Source: a bacterium (GTDB lineage: Bacteria; Patescibacteriota; Minisyncoccia; Portnoybacterales; GWB1-42-6). From it: DNA of 64,000 bases. Within the stretch, counting starts at the first letter, position 1, and each line of letters opens with the position of its first letter. The notes under the pieces are model-generated. The model searched no databases. It was not told the DNA's origin and saw nothing but the letters and a program-made list of their open reading frames with translations. Location of the stretch: assembly GCA_043800535.1 (NCBI GenBank), contig JAZDMV010000023.1:111186-175185 (forward strand). Direction: 5' to 3'. A program made the position numbers and the translations under genes. Positions 30,696 through 40,100 of the stretch are shown here, piece by piece.

Positions 30696-31837
30696 AAGTT
30701 ACTTCCCGCCAAATCCTTAAATATGGCGGCCGTTTTTTCTATAACATCGCCCCATTTGAATTTTTCCGCCATTTTTTTGCCGGCAACAATAAATTTTTCA
30801 CGCAGGTCCTCATTTTCCAAAAGCTGTCTTATCGCTTTCTCCCAGGCGCGTTCATAGTTATACGGCACCAGCAGCCCGCTTTCTTCATCTTCAATAAGTT
30901 CCGGGTTGCCGCCAACAGGAGTCGTGATGACCGGCACACCCACCTGCATGGCGTTTAATATCGCATGCGACAGGCCTTCATAATTTGTGTTCAGAACGAA
31001 AATTGTTGAACGGGCAAAAATTTTATGGGTTTCCTGTTCCGAAATCTTGCCGTGGAATCTGACGTTTTTTTCCAGCTCCAGCTCCCGTACCAGCTTTTTT
31101 AATTTTCCCAACTCGCTCCCGCTCCCCAAAACATCAAAAATTATATCAGGATACTGCGTTTTGAGTCTGGTCACAATTTTAACAAGCATGTCCACACCCT
31201 TCCAGGGAGTGAGGCGTCCCGAAAAAACCAGGGTCGGCGAATCAGGCATCTGGCGCTCGGGCAGGACGCCAAAAAAATCAACTGCGTTGTAAATAACTCT
31301 AACTTTTTTGGAAGAGACGCCGATCCTGATTGCCAGATCCCGCATAAAATTACTGACCGCTACAACCGTGTTTGCTGACTTTAAAATTTTTGTTCTTTGG
31401 TTTTTTCGCTTCTCGATATATCCGCCGTATGTTCTTTCCTGAAAAACCAAAATGTCATCACCTGTTAAGCCGCGGTTGGCGGCCGCTTCCCAGGCCGAAT
31501 CGCCGGCAAAACGGACAATAAATTTCTTGCGCCAGAATTTGGCAGCCAGCATTGAGCTGTAGCCGGGCGCGTATAGATCGGTTGTGTAAATAATGTCTGC
31601 ATGGCGCGCCAGAAAAAAAGTCCTGATAAGAAACATCATCTGGCGCAAACCCGCCGGCCACCGCCGCGAAACGCTCGCTAGCTTAAACGGCCGCGCCTTT
31701 TTTTCTGGCGCGCCATAAGTCAAAACTGTTATTTCAAAACCGGCCCCGCTTAAATCCGAAGCCAGCCGCTCAATAAAAGTGGCCGGGCCGCCAATATCGG
31801 GCGGAAAAATTCCGGTGGTAATTAGTACTTTTTTCAT
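30692..31837 (-). CDS. GT4 glycosyltransferase
   Basis: FPPDIGGPA, GRLTPWKG, YEGLSH..L.AM..GVPVI. Confidence 0.9.
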   Translation of the reverse strand: MKKVLITTGIFPPDIGGPATFIERLASDLSGAGFEITVLTYGAPEKKARPFKLASVSRRWPAGLRQMMFLIRTFFLARHADIIYTTDLYAPGYSSMLAAKFWRKKFIVRFAGDSAWEAAANRGLTGDDILVFQERTYGGYIEKRKNQRTKILKSANTVVAVSNFMRDLAIRIGVSSKKVRVIYNAVDFFGVLPERQMPDSPTLVFSGRLTPWKGVDMLVKIVTRLKTQYPDIIFDVLGSGSELGKLKKLVRELELEKNVRFHGKISEQETHKIFARSTIFVLNTNYEGLSHAILNAMQVGVPVITTPVGGNPELIEDEESGLLVPYNYERAWEKAIRQLLENEDLREKFIVAGKKMAEKFKWGDVIEKTAAIFKDLAGSNL

Positions 31838-31841
31838 CAGA

Positions 31842-32372
31842 TTAATTTTCCTGTATTGCCAGATGACGCCGCGCCGCCAAATATAAAATCAATTCATAGG
31901 CCCCGAAAAAGATCGCTGAATAAACCAGATCCCCTGCCAATGTGTTGCGGAAAAACGGCAAAGCTAAGGTAAAGCAGGAAATAAGGCCGGCGAAAGTATG
32001 CGGATACCAACTGAAAAATGCCCAAACCGCAAAGTTAGTGACTATAAAAAACGCGACAGACGAAAGCAAAGAAGCAAAACCGACATTATACCATTTAAGA
32101 TGTTTGCTCAAAAACCAGCCGATGACAAAAGCCAACGCCAAAGAAATATAAACCGATAACATCACCTGCCAATCATAAAACCCGATAAAAAAATCACTGA
32201 CAAACATAGCGGCTAACGGCAAAATAACCCCCCATTTTTTACCTAAATAACAGCCGGCAAACAAACTCATCGCTGCGATCGGCGCAAAATTAAAGGGGTG
32301 CTTAACCAGCCGCGAAGCAGCTGCCAACAAGATTATCAAAGCCGCAATAATAATTTTTGTTTTTTTACTCAT
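31842..32372 (-). CDS. DUF6580-like small membrane transporter (ECF S-component/BtuM-like, putative cobalamin uptake)
   Basis: 176 aa, about 6 TM; RL..HPFNFAPI.A..LF.G, SD...GFY, FF..TNF.VW, LPFFRNTL.GDL; substrate is inferred from family recollection and context. Confidence 0.65.
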   Translation of the reverse strand: MSKKTKIIIAALIILLAAASRLVKHPFNFAPIAAMSLFAGCYLGKKWGVILPLAAMFVSDFFIGFYDWQVMLSVYISLALAFVIGWFLSKHLKWYNVGFASLLSSVAFFIVTNFAVWAFFSWYPHTFAGLISCFTLALPFFRNTLAGDLVYSAIFFGAYELILYLAARRHLAIQEN

Positions 32373-32381
32373 AATATTTTA

Positions 32382-33560
32382 TTATTTATTATTAATTATT
32401 ATCTGATTAAAAATATTCTTAATTTCCTCAGTGATTAAATTCCAATCATATTTTTCTTCAACCAGTTTTTTTGCGTTAACAATAAGTTTCTGCCGCAGCT
32501 CGTTGTTTTCTAAAATCATTTTTACTTTTTCCGCGATGCTTTCGGGATTTTTCACTTCACAAAATAGACCCGTAGCTTGCTCTAAGCTTGTCGAAGGGTC
32601 TTTTAAAAAATCAGGAATTCCGCCAACAGCCGTTCCGATAATCGGCACTCCAGCCGCCATTGCTTCTAAAAAAGAATTGCCCAGCCCTTCGGATAACGCC
32701 GGCCTGACAAACACATCCGAGATCGCCAAGTATTCGGGCACCTTATCGTTCGAAACATTCCCCAAAAATAGGACCCTATCCTGCAACTTCAAACTTTTGA
32801 CTTTTGACTTTAAGCTTTCCTCCAACTCGCCCGTGCCAAGAATTAAAAATTTTATATTCTCCGGCAGATATTGCATCGCGTCAATTATGTCCCCAACCGC
32901 GTTCTTCTTCACCAGCCGCGACGTGGTAATTACTACTTTTTCACCGTCTCTTATCCCTAATTTCTGCTTTAATTCATCAATTTTAAACTTTTCACTTTGC
33001 ATTTTAAACTTTTCTATGTCCACTCCATTTGGCACAATTTCAATAGGACATTTCGCACCCATTTCCCCTGCCCAATCAACTAAAAATCTGCTTATACATT
33101 GAATACGGTCAGCCTGAACAAAAATTTGTCTGAATCTGCCCTGCGCCATCCCCACTCTCTTTCTTATATATTCCGGGTCATCGCCCTCTTGTAAGGTAAG
33201 CAAAAACGGGATTTCTTTGTTTCTATTTTTAAAAGACAGCGCCGCAAAACCGCCATAGCTTGCCATTACTGACCAGATCGCATCATACTTGTTTCTCTCA
33301 TGCATTTTCTGCGCCAGGCGGCCGCCAAAAAATGACAGCCAATATTTATCAAACTTTGCGACTCCAATGCCAATTCTAAAAACATTGACATTACCCACGC
33401 GCTCTTCTTTTGGTAATTTCCTGTCCAGCCGCGCCGTTATCATGTCAAACTGAAATCCGCCAGCTGGCGGACTGGGCAGCCGATCGGTGATCTCCTTGAC
33501 CGCCACCTCTGCCCCGCCGACAAACGGAAAATATGCAGTTGAAAAAATAAGAATGCGCAT
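32382..33560 (-). CDS. GT4 glycosyltransferase with in-frame repeat insertions
   Basis: YFPFVGGAE, SRLVKKN, SEGLGNSFLEAMAAG. Confidence 0.9.
   Translation of the reverse strand: MRILIFSTAYFPFVGGAEVAVKEITDRLPSPPAGGFQFDMITARLDRKLPKEERVGNVNVFRIGIGVAKFDKYWLSFFGGRLAQKMHERNKYDAIWSVMASYGGFAALSFKNRNKEIPFLLTLQEGDDPEYIRKRVGMAQGRFRQIFVQADRIQCISRFLVDWAGEMGAKCPIEIVPNGVDIEKFKMQSEKFKIDELKQKLGIRDGEKVVITTSRLVKKNAVGDIIDAMQYLPENIKFLILGTGELEESLKSKVKSLKLQDRVLFLGNVSNDKVPEYLAISDVFVRPALSEGLGNSFLEAMAAGVPIIGTAVGGIPDFLKDPSTSLEQATGLFCEVKNPESIAEKVKMILENNELRQKLIVNAKKLVEEKYDWNLITEEIKNIFNQIIINNK
32575..32598 (-). repeat. CCCTTCGACAAGCT.AG.GCAAG repeat in-frame in the GT4 gene (peptide PSTSLEQA)
   Basis: Minus strand CCCTTCGACAAGCTTAGAGCAAGC matches the intergenic CCTTCGAC..AAGCTCAGGACAGA element at 47626-47689. 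Confidence 0.7.
33456..33471. repeat. 16-bp perfect palindrome in-frame in the GT4 gene (peptide SPPAGG)
   Basis: TCCGCCAGCTGGCGGA is its own reverse complement. Confidence 0.7.
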
Positions 33561-33568
33561 TTTAGCGG

Positions 33569-34534
33569 TTAAATAATTTTTCTAAAATATTCTATTGTTT
33601 TTTTAAGCCCCCCTTCAAGCGGAATTTTCGGCTGCCAGCCCAGCATCTTTTTGGCCAAGGAAATATCGGGCCGCCGCTGTTTCGGGTCGTCGGAAGGCAA
33701 CGGCTTAAAAACAATTTTGCTTTTTGAACCGGTCAATTTAATTACTTTAGCTGCTAATTCTTTTATGGCGAACTCATTCGGATTGCCAAGATTAACCGGC
33801 CCGACGAAATTTTCCTCCTTCATCATCAAAATCAGCCCTTTGATCAAATCGTCTATGTAACAAAAACTTCTTGTCTGGCTACCATCGCCATAAATTGTAA
33901 TTGGATCTCCTTTCAATGCATGAAAAATAAAATTCGGCACCGCCCTTCCGTCATTATGGCTCATTCTTGACCCATAGGTGTTAAAAATTCTGACCACTTT
34001 TATATCAACGCCGTATTCGTTCCAATAATCAAAAAATAAAGTTTCGGCACATCGCTTCCCTTCGTCATAACAGCTTCGCAAGCCGAACGGATTGACATTA
34101 CCCCAGTAACTTTCCGGCTGCGGATGAATTTCCGGGTCTCCATATATTTCAGAAGTTGAGGTTTGCAAAACCCGGCATTTTAATTTTTTAGCCAACTCTA
34201 AGGCGTTAATCGCGCCCAAGATATTCGTCTTAACGGTTTTGACGGGATCTTTCCGATACCAAATCGGGGCGGCCGGACAAGCCAAATTATAAATCTCGTC
34301 TACTTTGAAATAATAAGGTTTTTCTGCGTCATGTTTAACCAGCTTAAAACTTTTATTTTTTAAAAGATGAGCGATATTGTTGCGCGAGCCCGCAAAAAAA
34401 TTATCAAGGCAGATAACTTTATCGCCCCGCCTAATCAGATATTCGCACAAATGCGAGCCGATAAAACCGGCGCCGCCGGTTACCAAAGCGGTTTTTTGAT
34501 TTTTCGATTTTTTACCTGTCTTTTGCCTGTTCAT
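33569..34534 (-). CDS. uxs: UDP-glucuronate decarboxylase (UDP-xylose synthase family SDR)
   Basis: [56 protein letters not shown]. Confidence 0.9.
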   Translation of the reverse strand: MNRQKTGKKSKNQKTALVTGGAGFIGSHLCEYLIRRGDKVICLDNFFAGSRNNIAHLLKNKSFKLVKHDAEKPYYFKVDEIYNLACPAAPIWYRKDPVKTVKTNILGAINALELAKKLKCRVLQTSTSEIYGDPEIHPQPESYWGNVNPFGLRSCYDEGKRCAETLFFDYWNEYGVDIKVVRIFNTYGSRMSHNDGRAVPNFIFHALKGDPITIYGDGSQTRSFCYIDDLIKGLILMMKEENFVGPVNLGNPNEFAIKELAAKVIKLTGSKSKIVFKPLPSDDPKQRRPDISLAKKMLGWQPKIPLEGGLKKTIEYFRKII

Positions 34535-35315
34535 CTTTCTTTATAAGTTCGTCATTAATCTTCTCCGCTATTTTTAGCAACTTAAGGTCAACGCCCAAAT
34601 CATCCCCTTTTTGGATTAAGGCCTTGATATCTTTTGGTAGGCATTTACCGCCATAGCCGCGATATCCTTTATGGAAAATTTCAAGATGCGTCCGGCCGAT
34701 TCTTTTGTCAGCCGCGGCGCATTCCATCATCCGGCTATAATCTATTTTCAGGGCCTGGCAAAGATCATACATCTGGTTGGCAAAAATCACTTTCACCGAA
34801 AACCATGTATTGCCAAAATATTTGATCATTTCCGCTTCGGTAGCCGGGATAATTCTTTCAAGCGGGGCCAAGGGCAAAATTTGCATGATATCGCCGGCGA
34901 TGCTATAACTCTTTTTTGTGTAGCCGACAATCTGCCGGTCAGGATAGCGCATATCCTGATCAGCGGACAGCTCGGTCAAAAATTCAGGATTGAACAAAAT
35001 TTTGTGCCGGGGATATTTTTTCTGAAAATATTCCGTGGTGCCGGGCAAAACAGTTGATTTGATGACAACGATTCTCGGGCCATTTAACAATTTAAAGGCC
35101 TCTTCCACCGCCGACAGGTCAAATCCACCTCTTTTATCAAAAGGCGTCGGCACGCATATAAAAATGACATCTGCTTTATTGACGTCTTTTGACGAACCCA
35201 GGCCTGCGTACTTATCATACAAAAGCGGCTTTTCCCCGCTCGACTCAAAATAACGGACCATTGCTCCGCCCACCATGCCAACTCCAATAATGCCAATTTT
35301 ATGTTTTTTTATCAT
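34512..35315 (-). CDS. ugd: UDP-glucose 6-dehydrogenase family, short form lacking the C-terminal domain
   Basis: [41 protein letters not shown] (catalytic Cys); only 267 aa. Confidence 0.8.
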   Translation of the reverse strand: MIKKHKIGIIGVGMVGGAMVRYFESSGEKPLLYDKYAGLGSSKDVNKADVIFICVPTPFDKRGGFDLSAVEEAFKLLNGPRIVVIKSTVLPGTTEYFQKKYPRHKILFNPEFLTELSADQDMRYPDRQIVGYTKKSYSIAGDIMQILPLAPLERIIPATEAEMIKYFGNTWFSVKVIFANQMYDLCQALKIDYSRMMECAAADKRIGRTHLEIFHKGYRGYGGKCLPKDIKALIQKGDDLGVDLKLLKIAEKINDELIKKDEQAKDR

Positions 35316-35343
35316 TGGCTTGCTTATTTGTTCGTTATTTTAT

Positions 35344-35372
35344 ATTCTAAATTGAGAAGGGCTAAAAGTCAA
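35344..35372 (-). promoter_or_regulatory. Sigma70-type promoter at the head of the glycan operon, in a 60-bp divergent gap
   Basis: TTGACT-N17-TAGAAT on the minus strand; an overlapping plus-strand TTGCTT-N17-TATTCT (35320-35348) may drive the divergent GT4. Confidence 0.6.
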
Positions 35373-35375
35373 TTT

Positions 35376-36521
35376 ATGGACCAGACGAAAAAAAGAATCC
35401 TATATCTAATAACCCAATCAAATTTTGGCGGCGCCCAAAAATACGTTTTTGATTTGGCGACCAATCTAGATAAGCGTGATTTTGATGTGGCGGTGGCAGC
35501 TGGCGGCAATGGCGAACTTTTTTCTCGTCTTGGGGCAGCGGGAATCAAGGTTTTCGAGCTCAAATGGCTACGCCGTTCAATCCTCAACCCAATAGCCGAC
35601 TTAATGGCTTATTTTGAGATTAAAAAACTGCTTGAAACCTGGCAGCCGGATGTACTCCATCTTAATAGCTCAAAAATCTCGGTTTTAGGCGCTTTAGCCG
35701 CCCGCAACCTGCCTATAAAAGTTATCTACACAGTTCATGGCGTTGTTTTTAAAGGGTCTTTCTCCTGGCTGGCAAAAAGGTTTTTCCTTTGGGCCGAAAC
35801 TTGGACCGCCCAATTCAAACACAAGATCATCTGCGTTTCCGAATACGACCGCGCTCTTTGGCAAAGGCATTGCGTTGCTCCGCCAGAAAAATTAATCACC
35901 ATCCACAACGGCATAGATTTAAACATGAATTTTCTGCCCAAAGACCAGGCGCGAAAAATCATTTTTAATAATTGCGCGCTGCCGGACAATTGTCATATCG
36001 TCGGCTGGCTCGGCTATTTTTACCCTGAAAAGAATCTTCTTACTTTGCTTACCGCCGCCGAGCTCCTTTTGCCTGTTCAAAGGACTAAACGCAAAAACGT
36101 AATTTTTGCCATTATCGGCAACGGGCAACTGGAAAAGGAGTTAAAAGCAAAAGTAAAAAATTCCGGCCTGCAGGACAAAATCCTGTTTTTTGGCGCAATT
36201 CAGGAAGCCAAACAATATATCAAGGCCTTTGATGTTTTAACTTTACCCTCTACCAAAGAAGGCCTGCCCTACACAATTATGGAAGGGATGGCCGCCGGCG
36301 TGCCAATTGTGGCAAGCCGCGTTGGCGGTATACCGGAAATGATAACTGACAATTTCAACGGATTCTTAATTTCGCCAAGAGACCCAGAAGCATTAGCCGA
36401 AAAAATAATGCAGATCATTGAAAACCCGGCGCTCGCCCGCCAGTTTTCCCAAAATTCGCTCCAGCGCGTTAAGGAATTTTCTCTGGAAAAAATGACCATG
36501 CAAACCCAGGCGTTGTATTAA
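35376..36521 (+). CDS. GT4 glycosyltransferase (divergent)
   Basis: ILYLITQSNFGGAQKYV, YTVHG, IHNGID, KEGLPYTIMEGMAAG; start taken at MDQTKK. Confidence 0.9.
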   Translation: MDQTKKRILYLITQSNFGGAQKYVFDLATNLDKRDFDVAVAAGGNGELFSRLGAAGIKVFELKWLRRSILNPIADLMAYFEIKKLLETWQPDVLHLNSSKISVLGALAARNLPIKVIYTVHGVVFKGSFSWLAKRFFLWAETWTAQFKHKIICVSEYDRALWQRHCVAPPEKLITIHNGIDLNMNFLPKDQARKIIFNNCALPDNCHIVGWLGYFYPEKNLLTLLTAAELLLPVQRTKRKNVIFAIIGNGQLEKELKAKVKNSGLQDKILFFGAIQEAKQYIKAFDVLTLPSTKEGLPYTIMEGMAAGVPIVASRVGGIPEMITDNFNGFLISPRDPEALAEKIMQIIENPALARQFSQNSLQRVKEFSLEKMTMQTQALY

Positions 36522-36536
36522 CAGTACTTTCACATT

Positions 36537-36585
36537 TTTATCCCCACACCAGACCATGGTCTTATGCCTGTGGTGTGGGGATTTA
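36537..36585. repeat. ATCCCCACACCA...TGGTGTGGGGAT inverted-repeat element, copy 1
   Basis: 12-bp terminal inverted repeats; same ends as the copy at about 52999-53049, in opposite orientation. Confidence 0.75.
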
Positions 36586-36645
36586 TCTGCGGCAGTCGGC
36601 TAGGACTTATAAAAACTTTTCTACCTAAGCGAAAGGAGGCCCGCT

Positions 36646-36978
36646 ATGAATAGTAAAAAACACTGGTATCTGGCACTGATCAAGATTTGGATTTTTGTTG
36701 TAATCGTCTATGATGCAATCTGCCTCTATTTCCTCTTCACTGAATCCTGGATTTTTTCATACACCTACCAAGATGGCATGCCCGCTCTTTTGGCGCTTGT
36801 CCTTTTCTCCTTTTTCACTCTCACGGCAGCAGCCATCTTTTTGTTCTACTGCCCTCCTATATCGGCAGAAAAAACCCAGCAACCTGCCCCTAATCACAAA
36901 AGTCGATTTCACGATTTATGCCATAGACTGTCCGGATCCATTTCTTCGTTCTTCCACAGACCCAGACCCGCAACTTAA
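36646..36978 (+). CDS. Small two-TM hypothetical membrane protein
   Basis: SD AAGGAGG, two hydrophobic helices, terminator downstream. Confidence 0.6.
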   Translation: MNSKKHWYLALIKIWIFVVIVYDAICLYFLFTESWIFSYTYQDGMPALLALVLFSFFTLTAAAIFLFYCPPISAEKTQQPAPNHKSRFHDLCHRLSGSISSFFHRPRPAT

Positions 36979-37000
36979 CTGCATAATCCCGCCGCCAATC

Positions 37001-37030
37001 AAAAAAGGCCCTGCAACCGCCGGGCCTTTT
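37001..37030. terminator. Likely bidirectional terminator
   Basis: AAAAAAGGCCC-loop-GGGCCTTTT between convergent genes. Confidence 0.7.
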
Positions 37031-37055
37031 AAAATTCTTACATAATATTTATTTC

Positions 37056-37095
37056 ATGTAATTCTTTCATACTTGCAAGTATGAAAGAATTACAT
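37056..37095. repeat. 40-bp perfect palindrome
   Basis: ATGTAATTCTTTCATACTTG|CAAGTATGAAAGAATTACAT with no spacer. Confidence 0.9.
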
Positions 37096-37129
37096 AGACG
37101 CATTTTTCCCTCTTCGCATCAAAATCCCA

Positions 37130-37177
37130 ATCGTACATACACTCCCGTGCTCGGGAGCACGGGAGTGTATGTACGAT
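37130..37177. repeat. 48-nt hairpin repeat, copy A
   Basis: Perfect 22-bp stem ATCGTACATACACTCCCGTGCT-CGGG-AGCACGGGAGTGTATGTACGAT. Confidence 0.9.
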
Positions 37178-37192
37178 ACTAAATTAAAGGTG

Positions 37193-40100
37193 TCACTCAA
37201 CCTGTCCGCTGGTATAGTAAACTTGATAATTCTGCGCACCGCCGTAAAAGACGAGACGCAAAATATTCTGAGCGTCTATCACTCCCCTTGCCCACCTGAC
37301 GTAAAACGGAAATTCAAGAATTTTTCTGGGTTGCCGCCACCGGCCACCTTCTCTTTGCAAAACCATATACATTTCATAATTAACTCCGTTGTTGGCACAA
37401 AAAATCAAATACGGCTTACCCGAACTATTCAAAATTAATTCCGGCAAACTTAGAATTTCTGCGGGGTCGCCCAATGAAAAAACTTGCACTGTTGAGGTAG
37501 CAATACCGTCAAATTCTATCATGCGAATCTCGCGAACCCTCCATTCCCAACTAATTAAAAGCTTGCCCTCTTTATTAAATATCATTTCCGGCTTTTCACC
37601 GAGCGACCACACCTCGCTGAAGTTAAAAATTTTCCGTGCTTCGCTCCAGCCAAAACCATCCTGATTATTAAATGCATAATAGATGCCGTCACAAGCCCCA
37701 CTCTGGCAGCGATACCAGACCGCATGCAATTTCCCATTTCCGTCTAAAACTATATTTGGCGTAACGCCATAATCAGAATCAATAATTTTTTCAATAGCCT
37801 CCGCAAACGAACCGTCTGCGCCGAGCTTTCTATAAAGTATTGCCGAAACGTATGAAGTCGTGGAGACTGTGCCTTGCCAAATAATATGAGTGCTGCCAGT
37901 TTGATCAATTACGCCAGACGGCGAAAAATTATTACGGCCGTCTCCGGAAACATTCTGCACCGCCTCCCAAACGCCAGCGTTATAGCGCGAATAAAAAACA
38001 TCAAAACCCGGCGGGCTGCCCCAGGGCCGCGGTTTCACTTCCCCGTCAAAAATGACACTCACATTGTTTTCTCTTATAAAGATTTGCGGCGGATAGCTCC
38101 ACGGACCAAATTCGCTTCCGATGTTTTCAATCTCGCCCCAGCTGCCACCGCTATTTTTATTTGAAACAGCAATAAAAGTATTCTCTGTTGTATAAGCAAA
38201 ATGCCAAATAACCGATGGCCTGCTTTCGCTGTTTAAAACAATCCCCGGCAAAACAGAAGTTGTTGTTGTCGCATTGCCCGAAATTATTTCCGGCTCAGCC
38301 AAAGAGATTGGGAATATTACAGAAGTCGTTGAAGCGACATTACTGAAAACACAATAATCCAAATTATCACAGGCCGCAATCCTGTAATAATAATCTGTTT
38401 CTGATTCTAATGTGGTGTCACGAAAATTTGTCGCGCTAATATTATCTGTGACACTCGTCGTCGCAAATGAATTATCATAAGACCGGATCACTTTATATTT
38501 TTCCAGGCCCGGCAGGGCGCTCGCTGTCCATTCAAGCAAAGTTGATGTCGCGGTTGTTTCTTTGACGGGATAAAGATAGAAAAATTCCAAATTGAAAACA
38601 CTGTTTTGGGATTTTGGAGTACCATTTATTGCCCGGCCGTCCGCGTTAATGCCCGAACGCGTGCTGGTGCTATTACTTTTCCAATTCCCAGGCACATCCC
38701 AGGCCAAATAAGGATTTACGCGTTCCATGCTCAAGTAGTGCGGGCCAGCCGTGCCTGCTGGCCAGCCGATTGAAAAATCAGCCCAATCAATTATCCCGCC
38801 AGTATTATCTATAAGGCGCAAATTTTCTCCAGAGTTTGATAGACCGCTCCCGCCAAAACTATGTGCTAAATCAGCCACTATGTCACTAACCGTGCCATCG
38901 TCTCCGCGTTCAATTAAATAATATGATCTTGGCGCTATCGTATTTTGCAAATTTGCCACAGTGGTCGTGGCGCCTACTACCTCCGCTATTTGCCAACCGG
39001 TTAAATCTATTGTTCCGTCCGTTTTATTATAGAGTTCTATCCACTCGTCAGCCGAAGTCGAAGCGCTTGTCCCTGCCCAGGCAATTTCGTTAATAACGAC
39101 GGGATAAAAATTTATTGACGCGGCAACTTCCTGCCATTCGCCTGCGCTGCTGCTTGCGTTAGTAGCGCGTGCCCGAAAATAATAAATTGTTAAATCCTGC
39201 GACCCCTCAAAAATTTTGCTTTCGCTCGTTGTCGCAATTTCCCAATCCTGCCAAACAATAGCCGAGCTTGAGCCAATTTTGTATTGAACGCTATAGGACG
39301 CAACGTCTGTTGATGAACTATGCCAATTGACGTCAAAACTTCGCGCTGCATTTTTGTAATCCGAAAGCCAAATTGAAATTTCGGGCGGCGAACTGCTATT
39401 TTCATCTGGCTCTTCTGATTCATCTTGCGTTCCTGACTGTTCATCTCCTATTTCATCGGAGCTACTGCTCCGATGAAAAATAGCTCGCTCATGTAGCGGG
39501 CTTGATGTCGCTTTTGGTAAATTTAATTTAAAAATCTGTTCTGAAATTTGCGGTGTTTCTGGTGCAAAAACCTCTTCTGTTATTTGCGGCTGTTGCGGCA
39601 AATTACCGCTAGAATCGGTTTGGATGACATTGGCCGGCATTATTGGTTTTTGCGGAGCAGCTGTTCCGAGAACTAAATTTTTTGACGTCTGCGCTGATGT
39701 TGCGGCCGGCGGCGAACTGACCACCGATGGCTTAGCAACCTGACCCGTATCGCCTTGGGAAACCTGCGTCTGCGTTGAAAAAAACAAAGATGCAAATAAG
39801 CCAGAAACACCATTGTATGTTGTGCCCCAGGCCGACGATATCTGACCAAAAATGTCCTGTATCCCCGGCCAAATTTTTATAAACTCTCCATATGGAGAAA
39901 ATAATGGAGTCAGCTCGCGCGCCGAAAGAATGGCGGTCAAGCCGGTTGTAAACTTAAGCATGCCATTTGAAACATTCGGCGGCGGCTTTAATAAATTTCT
40001 GTCTTTTTCCGCTTTGGCGACTTCTTCGTGAAAAATTCTGATAACCTCCGTTCCGGCTAAGACGGCCTGTTTGGAAAGAAGACGCCAATAGGAGGACAGG

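Noticed and set aside
32373-32381. Cobalamin riboswitch upstream of the putative B12 transporter
   Set aside because: The gap is only 9 bp; the 60-bp operon head has no room either, and the 51.3-kb leader lacks a recognisable B12 box.
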